The translations under genes and the position numbers were made by a program. Below are positions 25,569 through 32,890 of a stretch of 64,000 nt of DNA, piece after piece. The notes beneath the pieces are model-generated. The model was not told the DNA's origin and did not search any database. It worked only from the letters and a program-made list of their open reading frames with translations. Each line of letters starts with the position of its first letter. Position 1 is the stretch's first letter. Where the stretch lies: the sequence record PP496440.1. One strand, written 5' to 3'.

Positions 25569-27653
25569 ATGAAATCCGTGAACCCCATCTTCAAGCACGT
25601 TCCCCAGTTCGACTGGCCTGTCATCCCGCGTGCACAGTGGGAAGAGATCATCAAAGGCAAAGAGCATGTGATGTTCGACTCCTTCTCGCAGCTCGCTCAG
25701 GTGCTGGCTATCCCGGTGAGCAGTTACCAGTTCTACTTCGAAGATGGGTCCACGTTGTTCGCCGGTCCCGAAGCAACCTTCACCGCCGCGCCGTACCCGC
25801 TGTATCAGGACCTTGAATTCGTCCTGACCCCTGACGAGACGTTGGTGCCGGGTCTTGCACTGGATACCAAACCGTGGGGCCTGTACACCGACGAATGGGT
25901 GGACAACTACGAAGGTGCGGACAAGGAAGACATCGGCAACAAGACCGGGTTCGAATTCATTCCGCTGTCGGACGCCTTGAAACTGGTGGTCCTCAACACG
26001 GAGACCATGCAGCTCCAGTACACTGCAATCGAGAGCTTCACGTACGACGGCGTGACTTACGTATACCTGCTGGCTGATGGCGTGTGCTGGGTACTGGCGG
26101 GCAAGTCAGGTGGTCTGGTTGCCAGCGAGCATGACAAAGGTGCGGCGTTCATCATGGTGTCCCATCCCGAGTTCGCCGGGTGCAGCGTAGACAACATGTA
26201 TCCAAGTGAGTTCGGTGAAGCGGAAGCGACGTTCTACGTTCAAGACGAGGAACACAACTACCTGGACGCGGCTAACCGCATCTTCGAAGAAGCCAAGGAC
26301 GTAGGCGCGGGCACATTCCTGACCATTGAGACCGGGGATGGACTGCCGACCGCGCTGGCGTACAACCTGCGGTACAGTGATGTGGCCCACGTTAACCTGC
26401 CGATGCACAACATCCACCAGTTCACTTCTCTGCACGTACGACTGGGTGAGACTCCTAACTTTTCCGAGGCCCCGGAAGCGTGCCGCATGAAAGAGGTTAT
26501 GGAGTATCTGGCGGACCCTGAGTCCCCGGTAGATCATTACTGGTCGGCCATCATGGTACTGGAGAAGAACTTCCCCGGTTTCGCCGACGCCCTGAAAGAC
26601 TCCAGTGTCCCGACCCGTGACATCGTGCACTCCAAACAGGCGTTCAGCTTGGAGATCGATCGCCAGTTCGGCAAGGAAGTGGCAAGCAAGATCGGGCTGA
26701 ACACTGGCGTATTCGCTCAAGTGAAAGACCGTGATGAATGGCTGGTACGCAAACACGAGTTCCCTACCGATAAGGTGGCCGTCAAGTACAACACCAAACA
26801 CTTCATCGGAATCTTCGATAAGGACGAGGTATCGAATTCCATCAACATGTGGCTGGCCGGTCAACCCGGAGAGTCGCTGATGATCGAAGAGTACTTCGGT
26901 GAGGGCAATCAGGAATTCAACCTGTGCTATGTGATCAACGAAGAGTTCGTGCAGCCGACGCTGTTCCTGTGCGAAGTCAACAAGATCCTAGGTAATGACA
27001 CCGGCGGCAAAGGTGGCAACACGCTGGCCTGCCATGATGCTCGTATTAACAAGTACCCTGAGTTCTTCGAGCCGGTCAATGCTGCGCTTGCTAACCTGCA
27101 TGAGCACGTGGAAGGTGTGAAGGGCTGGGTTGACCTGAGCTTCATGGTCCGCGACGGAATCCCTTACTTCACAGAGTGGTGCATTCGAATTGGCTGCTCC
27201 AACAACGCCACCATCGTGCGCCAGATGGAGACCCCGCTCGACGTTCTGCTGACCAACGTGGTTAACAAGGTGCATACCGAGCTGTCTTGGAAGCACTCCA
27301 TGTCTGTCAGCGTGGACATCTACAGCATGCCGCTGTCCGCAGGCAATGATGCCAACATGCAGTTCACCGAGTCGCTGACCACGCCGGTCGAGATGGTGTC
27401 CCCGCTCAATCTGGAACTGGCGGCGGAGAGTTTCTTCGACCCGATTGATTCGGCCTGGAACGCGGTGTACGACGGCTACATTGTCGAGGCGTACAACCGA
27501 TATGGCACCGTCTCGGGGTATTCCACCAACTGGAACTTCGCCTGCAATGCGGCGTACAATCACTTGAAAGATCAGTCGGTGTTGTACGGGGCATACCGCG
27601 AAGCGCCTGCCCACCACGACCCACTGACTCTGTTCCCTTTCCTCAAGGCGTAA
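25569..27653 (+). CDS. PurD/GARS-like ATP-grasp amide ligase with an N-terminal extension
   Basis: LEIDRQFGKEV, VAVKY, MIEEYF.E..EF, NDTGGKGGNT and DLSFMVRDGIPYFTEWCIRIG parallel the PurD ATP-grasp motifs. Confidence 0.75.
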   Translation: MKSVNPIFKHVPQFDWPVIPRAQWEEIIKGKEHVMFDSFSQLAQVLAIPVSSYQFYFEDGSTLFAGPEATFTAAPYPLYQDLEFVLTPDETLVPGLALDTKPWGLYTDEWVDNYEGADKEDIGNKTGFEFIPLSDALKLVVLNTETMQLQYTAIESFTYDGVTYVYLLADGVCWVLAGKSGGLVASEHDKGAAFIMVSHPEFAGCSVDNMYPSEFGEAEATFYVQDEEHNYLDAANRIFEEAKDVGAGTFLTIETGDGLPTALAYNLRYSDVAHVNLPMHNIHQFTSLHVRLGETPNFSEAPEACRMKEVMEYLADPESPVDHYWSAIMVLEKNFPGFADALKDSSVPTRDIVHSKQAFSLEIDRQFGKEVASKIGLNTGVFAQVKDRDEWLVRKHEFPTDKVAVKYNTKHFIGIFDKDEVSNSINMWLAGQPGESLMIEEYFGEGNQEFNLCYVINEEFVQPTLFLCEVNKILGNDTGGKGGNTLACHDARINKYPEFFEPVNAALANLHEHVEGVKGWVDLSFMVRDGIPYFTEWCIRIGCSNNATIVRQMETPLDVLLTNVVNKVHTELSWKHSMSVSVDIYSMPLSAGNDANMQFTESLTTPVEMVSPLNLELAAESFFDPIDSAWNAVYDGYIVEAYNRYGTVSGYSTNWNFACNAAYNHLKDQSVLYGAYREAPAHHDPLTLFPFLKA

Positions 27654-27656
27654 TCC

Positions 27657-28820
27657 ATGAGCACTCCATTCCAAGAGTTCACCCTAGAAGGGTGGATTCG
27701 CTACATGAGAGATGAAAGCATCATCTGGCGCGCGTACGCTGATGGTCATCCGGATAAGGTCGAGTTCAGCCCGGAGTGGCGTGACGAGATGTATCGGTTG
27801 ATGGTGCAGTTCAAAGATCTGCTGCCGATGTCGTTTTCCAATCCGGTGTACGGCTTCACTGAAGGTTGGCTGGAAGGGCTCGGACTCCAGCCCTTTTATG
27901 GCGATGATCCGTTCAATCCGATGGTGCAACCGCTTAGCCACCCTCTGGTGCATGTGGGGCTTCCGTTTACTCTGAGCGAGCTGACGGCGGGCGTATGGGA
28001 CTGTCAGTCCCTGAGCGCTCACCTGGAGCGTCCGCTGCTGGTCGATACATTCGAACCGATCCCAGTGCCATCTATTAGCCTGGACGCTTACAAAGCCGTC
28101 CTGACCGTACGGGACCGGGAAGAGATCGTGATGAGTGCGGGAACCCCGGTGAACTACTTCCTCTGGTTGAATAGTCCGATCACCGAACTCAAAGACGACT
28201 TCGACGTTTATCTGGCCAGCCTGACCAAGAAGCGCCGCTACAAAGTGAAGCAGGCACTGGCGACAGTGGGCACCGAAGAGAACCCGGCTATCAGCGTCAG
28301 TACTGGATCTCGTTTCGGCGAAGGGTTGTTGTCCGATCAGGTGAACAGCATCCTCGCGACTTTCGAAGATCCGGTGGACATCGAGTGCATGCTTCTTCAG
28401 CTGCTGTTCGGGGTGGCAACCTGCAATACCCATCCGCATCTTGTCGATCTGGTTTGTGCAGACCATCAGTTGGGGATCTTCATCAGGCGCAACGGCCACA
28501 CGATGAATTTCCTCTACAACCGTGACCCGGACAACCGCGCTGACTCAGGCATCAACCTGCTGACCCAGTACGTGCGCCATCTGCACATGAACCGCCCGGA
28601 AGGTGTGATGTACGTGGACCCGACATGTCGATATCGGCCTGACGAGGACAGTATGAACACCTACAAGCGGGTGATCACCAACGAGAACCGGTATCACCCA
28701 ATGCCGTTCGTCTCGGCTGACCCTGCGCATATCGAAGGTGTGATTACCCCGGCGTTCATTGCAGGTCATTGGCAGATGTCGGCGTCCAATGGCCCGGCCA
28801 ATCCTGAGATGATGGAGTAA
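27657..28820 (+). CDS. FemAB/GNAT-like transferase (paralogue 4)
   Basis: FDVYLASLTKKRRYKVKQAL, a hallmark Acetyltransf_6/FemAB helix, and YVDP...TYKRV. Confidence 0.65.
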   Translation: MSTPFQEFTLEGWIRYMRDESIIWRAYADGHPDKVEFSPEWRDEMYRLMVQFKDLLPMSFSNPVYGFTEGWLEGLGLQPFYGDDPFNPMVQPLSHPLVHVGLPFTLSELTAGVWDCQSLSAHLERPLLVDTFEPIPVPSISLDAYKAVLTVRDREEIVMSAGTPVNYFLWLNSPITELKDDFDVYLASLTKKRRYKVKQALATVGTEENPAISVSTGSRFGEGLLSDQVNSILATFEDPVDIECMLLQLLFGVATCNTHPHLVDLVCADHQLGIFIRRNGHTMNFLYNRDPDNRADSGINLLTQYVRHLHMNRPEGVMYVDPTCRYRPDEDSMNTYKRVITNENRYHPMPFVSADPAHIEGVITPAFIAGHWQMSASNGPANPEMME

Positions 28821-28822
28821 CC

Positions 28823-29770
28823 ATGGCAAAGCACAAGGTCAAAAGGTTGGAAATCAACCACATCTACGACTTCTACCCGTTGTATCAGGTGATGTACGGG
28901 CGTGGCATGGAGACCAAAGCGTTCGAGGTCTCCAAGTTCGCCAAGATGGTGCTGGACTTCGAAGCATCAACCAGTACTCGCCGGAAGTGGGACGTGCTGG
29001 AACCTTTCAGCGGTATCAGCGAGCATGAACACTTCTTCGCTGCTACTGGCCTGAACATCGAGCACTACACCGGCATGGACATCGTGGTTCCAGATGGGGC
29101 CAAAAACGTCATTCAAGGTGACATCATCACCGACACCCTTCCGTTTCACGTCAACGCGGTGTTCGCCTTCTACTACAGCTTGCAGAATGTACGGGACGCC
29201 AAGACTGGCATGCACACGCGGGAAAAGCTGGTGGAGTTCTTCGACAACATCCTCGGCCATCTGCAAGTCAATGCGAACAAGAGCCGTATGCCCGCAGTGT
29301 TCGCTTTCCACCTTGACCAGCCTGAAGACCCTAATTACTATCTGACGTCCCGTGCCGACGTTGGAGGTGAACAGTCATGGACCGCACCCGCGTGTGGTCT
29401 GCTGGGGCAGTGGGTCAAGTGCAAGCCTACTGATACTCTGGAAGTGAAGTGCAATCTGGACACCTGGTACAACCGTGTGCAGTGCACCGCGTACGATCAG
29501 GCGGAGGATATCCAGATTCTGGTAAATGGGCGAGTAGTGGCTACCGTTGAGATCGAACAGCCGTTCACCCATCGGGTCTGGACCGAGCATGAGGTGATCG
29601 ATATCCTGCGGGGTCTGGACTACAATCTGCACTTCCACATGTACAACGGCACCATCTCCAATTACGACTTCTTGATGACCCGTTTGGAAGACAAGCCCGT
29701 TCCCGGCGATGAAGAGGCTAATACTAATCAGATGACAACTGATATGCTGGTTGTCGTTAATCCGAGGTAA
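28823..29770 (+). CDS. Class I SAM-dependent methyltransferase-like protein (paralogue 1)
   Basis: VLEPFSG, YTGMDI, IQGDI and VNAVFAFYYSL. Confidence 0.65.
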   Translation: MAKHKVKRLEINHIYDFYPLYQVMYGRGMETKAFEVSKFAKMVLDFEASTSTRRKWDVLEPFSGISEHEHFFAATGLNIEHYTGMDIVVPDGAKNVIQGDIITDTLPFHVNAVFAFYYSLQNVRDAKTGMHTREKLVEFFDNILGHLQVNANKSRMPAVFAFHLDQPEDPNYYLTSRADVGGEQSWTAPACGLLGQWVKCKPTDTLEVKCNLDTWYNRVQCTAYDQAEDIQILVNGRVVATVEIEQPFTHRVWTEHEVIDILRGLDYNLHFHMYNGTISNYDFLMTRLEDKPVPGDEEANTNQMTTDMLVVVNPR

Positions 29771-29772
29771 GA

Positions 29773-30690
29773 ATGGCTAAGCCCAAGATCCCTACACGAA
29801 CCATCCCCACGTTGTACCAAGACTGGGGATTGTACAGCGCCATCTGCGAACTGCCGCAGGAGACGATGCTGATGATGTCGCGCTTCGTGGCAGACCGGAC
29901 TATAGAGCATGCTAATAGGCATGACATAGATCGTGTGTCGATCATGGAACCTTTCAGTGGTCCTATCCCGTATTACGAACCTGATATCGACAGTTTCCTT
30001 ACTAGAGCTGGCATAGGTTTAGACACGTATGATCATGTGGAATACCTAGATCACGGTGAGCTGACCAAAAAGAACAATATCATCATCGGGGACATCACCA
30101 CCATAGATCTTAAGCAAAAGTACGATGTCATCTACGGTAGTTACGGTAGCTTGGCCTGCCTGTTGCTGGATCAGACGCATAACAAAGCGTACGAGAAATC
30201 TCACGCGGCGTTGGTCAACATTCGCGAGCACCTGAAACCCGGCGGCATCTTCGTGCTAAACGCCAATGGGTCAAGCGAGAGTCTGCTGAATAACCTGTTG
30301 AACTCTGATGAGCCGGATCAAGAGATTCGCGTCCGTCCGGGATCGCAGTTAGGTAAGGCGTTCCGAATCAAACCAGACAGTAACGCGCTGCTTCGCTTCA
30401 CCTATCATGTGGAGTACGACCGGCGCACCACCTGCACCATGTGCCACTACAGCGATATGGTGCTGTCTGTAAATGGAGTTGACATCCAGCGCTGGGAGGT
30501 GGAATCCCCGACGTATCTTGCGCCGCTGGATGAACCCGAACTAATTCGAATGGCAGGTATGGCTGGTTTCAATCTGGACAACACTGAGTTCTACGGATTG
30601 GACACCACCGGTTATCCTGCCTTCTTCAAAATGGATACGGTCTGCGACGGGTCATGGTCACCCGCCGAGTTCGTAGTCTTTCGCACCTAA
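29773..30690 (+). CDS. Class I SAM-dependent methyltransferase-like protein (paralogue 2)
   Basis: IMEPFSG, IIGDITTIDLKQKYDVI and HLKPGGIFVL. Confidence 0.8.
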   Translation: MAKPKIPTRTIPTLYQDWGLYSAICELPQETMLMMSRFVADRTIEHANRHDIDRVSIMEPFSGPIPYYEPDIDSFLTRAGIGLDTYDHVEYLDHGELTKKNNIIIGDITTIDLKQKYDVIYGSYGSLACLLLDQTHNKAYEKSHAALVNIREHLKPGGIFVLNANGSSESLLNNLLNSDEPDQEIRVRPGSQLGKAFRIKPDSNALLRFTYHVEYDRRTTCTMCHYSDMVLSVNGVDIQRWEVESPTYLAPLDEPELIRMAGMAGFNLDNTEFYGLDTTGYPAFFKMDTVCDGSWSPAEFVVFRT

Positions 30691-30700
30691 CGAGGTTCCT

Positions 30701-31906
30701 ATGAGCGTTATCATCCCCACCGTAGCGATGGAGAGTGGTCAGCCAGACATGATCATTCCGGGTTGTGCGACACCTACCCCGGTCAAGTCTTCCAAGAAGC
30801 TGTACGAACGTGAAGACTTGATGGCGTACGACAGCGAGTCGGAGCATTGGCAGAAGCAGCTGGCCCGCCGCTACGCTCACCATGGTGAGATGGTCGGTGT
30901 GTTGAACAACGTCGAGGTGGTGCCGGAAGCCACCTATCAGAACTTCGACATGAAGATCACCCCGTACACCGCGCAGTTGATGGACCAGAACGACCCCAAC
31001 TGCCCGATCCGTCTGCAGTACATGCCGACCAACAAAGAGCTGGAGTCGATTCAGCGTGAAGAGACCATGCACAACGAGCTGGGCGAGGAAGAGGACACCA
31101 TCCCCGGTACCTCGGTCGTGCACCGCTACCCGCGTCGCGTCTTGTTCCTGACCACTACCCAATGCGCCAGCTTCTGCCGTTACTGCACCCGTGCACGCAT
31201 CGTCTCCCACGGCGGCGAAGCGGCGATCACCAAGAAGCACCTTGACGCCAGCATCGACTACATCGCTGGGAACAAGGACATCGAAGACGTGCTGCTGTCC
31301 GGCGGTGACCCGTTCATCCTGCCAGACAACAAGCTCGACGAGATTCTCGGTCGTATCCGCGCCGAGGCACCTCACGTTCGCTTCCTGCGTATCGGTAGCC
31401 GACTGCCGGTACAGATGCCGACCCGTATCACTCCAGAGCTGTGCGAGATTCTGGAACGCCACAACGTCAACATGGTCAACATCCATGTGAACCATCCGAA
31501 AGAAGTGACCCCTCTGCTGGCCTCCCGGATGAAGATGTTGCGCAAAGCGGGAGTCATGCTGGGCAATCAGGCGGTCCTGCTGAAAGGCGTGAACGACTCC
31601 ATCGAGGTGATGACCGAGCTGTGCTTGCGCATGGTCGAGATGGGTGTGCGTCCGTACTACGTCTACTCCAACGATCCGGTGGCCCAGGCCGCACACTTCA
31701 CCGTGTCGCTGAAAGAGATGCTGAATATCAACGAGGGTATGCGTGGCTTCCTGTCTGGCCCGGCTATGCCAACCTTCGTGGTAGACGGCGTGGGTGGCTT
31801 GGGCAAGATGCCGGTGCAGAAAGAGTACGTCGGCTTCGATAAGAACGGCGGTATCTTCGCCCAGAACTTCGAAGGGAAAACGGCCCGCATGCCCCATCTG
31901 GAATAA
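30701..31906 (+). CDS. kamA: Lysine 2,3-aminomutase family radical SAM/PLP enzyme (KamA/EpmB)
   Basis: HRYP.RVL, CASFCRYCTR (CxxxCxxC), LSGGDP, RIGSR.P..P.RIT, NQ.VLLKGVND, PYY, and GGLGK (PLP lysine). Confidence 0.95.
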   Translation: MSVIIPTVAMESGQPDMIIPGCATPTPVKSSKKLYEREDLMAYDSESEHWQKQLARRYAHHGEMVGVLNNVEVVPEATYQNFDMKITPYTAQLMDQNDPNCPIRLQYMPTNKELESIQREETMHNELGEEEDTIPGTSVVHRYPRRVLFLTTTQCASFCRYCTRARIVSHGGEAAITKKHLDASIDYIAGNKDIEDVLLSGGDPFILPDNKLDEILGRIRAEAPHVRFLRIGSRLPVQMPTRITPELCEILERHNVNMVNIHVNHPKEVTPLLASRMKMLRKAGVMLGNQAVLLKGVNDSIEVMTELCLRMVEMGVRPYYVYSNDPVAQAAHFTVSLKEMLNINEGMRGFLSGPAMPTFVVDGVGGLGKMPVQKEYVGFDKNGGIFAQNFEGKTARMPHLE

Positions 31907-31969
31907 GCGTTCCCAGACACTCCCTAGTTCCATTGTACAAGCTTCAAATGCCCCATTTGCGCTAGGTCC

Positions 31970-31978
31970 TGTAAATGG
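31970..31978 (+). promoter_or_regulatory. GTAAAT-type promoter motif inside an inverted repeat
   Basis: TGTAAATGG; CCCCATTT (31951-31958) pairs with AAATGGGG (31973-31980). Confidence 0.55.
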
Positions 31979-32057
31979 GGTTGCTTATCAGCGTTGCAAT
32001 GTGTTACGCTGGATTGGACCCATTTTATTCCGATAACCGAAACCCCGAGGTATCACC

Positions 32058-32489
32058 ATGAGCTTCACAGTAACCGTAGCTGCACAGACCATCGCTGCCC
32101 CTGAGTCGCTGGGTAGCCCGAAAGGCATCAGCGTCCTCGAAGCCAACGAAGGCTTTGCTGTCATCGAATTCCAACGTCCTCGCGCCTCGAAGCGTGACCA
32201 GATTGCCGTCCCTCGCGTCCAGATCCTTTCCCTGAGCCACGGCAGCGCCGACGGCGACAGCGGTTACCTGATCGCTCAAGGCATGGCCGGTGTGGCCGAC
32301 GAATTCGAAGCCGCAAGCTTCACCATCGAAGGCAACGTTGCCACGTTCGTGACCGCTGAAGGCGCCACTATCGAAACCGACGCACGTCTGACCCGTATCC
32401 TCGCTTACGGCGTGGAAGAGGGCGAAAACAGCCTGCTGGGTAAGCCGGAAAAGAAAGTAAAACCGAAAGCAAGCACCAAGAAGAAGTAA
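32058..32489 (+). CDS. Hypothetical protein, probably highly expressed
   Basis: 143 aa, strongly biased codons, GAGG RBS, own terminator, Lys-rich tail. Confidence 0.8.
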   Translation: MSFTVTVAAQTIAAPESLGSPKGISVLEANEGFAVIEFQRPRASKRDQIAVPRVQILSLSHGSADGDSGYLIAQGMAGVADEFEAASFTIEGNVATFVTAEGATIETDARLTRILAYGVEEGENSLLGKPEKKVKPKASTKKK

Positions 32490-32518
32490 TCAACACGGCC
32501 CGCGCCGGTTGAACTAAG

Positions 32519-32550
32519 AAAAAGCCCCTTCCGTTTGGTTGGGGCTTTTT
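32519..32550 (+). terminator. Intrinsic terminator
   Basis: AAAAAGCCCC...GGGGCTTTTT. Confidence 0.85.
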
Positions 32551-32569
32551 CGTTATACCGAGGTGTCCC

Positions 32570-32890
32570 ATGGCTAAAGACAGATTCCTGATCTACTCCA
32601 AAAACTGCTTAGGGTGTAAACACCTCGTTGATGGAGCCAAGAAGACCTACACTGCGTGTCACTACAGTGAAGGCAACGAACGCTGCCCCGCGCAGTACGT
32701 CCAGATTATTACGGGTGTGGATATCCATGCCTTGGCTACTGAGTTGGCAGACGCCATCAGGGCTAACAATTCCAAGAAGTACGATCGGGTGAATGCCAAG
32801 ATCGGTAAATTGGACACTGTGATTGCCAGTAGTGTGAAGCTGGCCGCAGACAACCTAATAGCAGGGGCCGGTGATGGCGAAGGTAAATAG
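32570..32890 (+). CDS. Small Cys-rich hypothetical protein
   Basis: CLGCKH...CHY...RCP; GAGG RBS. Confidence 0.7.
   Translation: MAKDRFLIYSKNCLGCKHLVDGAKKTYTACHYSEGNERCPAQYVQIITGVDIHALATELADAIRANNSKKYDRVNAKIGKLDTVIASSVKLAADNLIAGAGDGEGK

Noticed and set aside
26080-26180. GVCW...SHPEF in the ATP-grasp N-terminus as a class I glutamine amidotransferase triad
   Set aside because: The Cys-to-HPE spacing (under 30 aa) is far shorter than in GATase domains, so this is probably coincidental
30701-31906. KamA as part of an EF-P beta-lysylation (epmA/epmB/efp) module
   Set aside because: No EpmA-like lysyl-tRNA-synthetase paralogue or efp in the window; the neighbours are ATP-grasp and GNAT ligases instead
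32881-32890. AGGTAAATAG as another phage promoter
   Set aside because: It lies inside the first codons of gyrB. The intragenic copies at 29521, 30468, 56889 and about 58128 are also not counted without TSS data.
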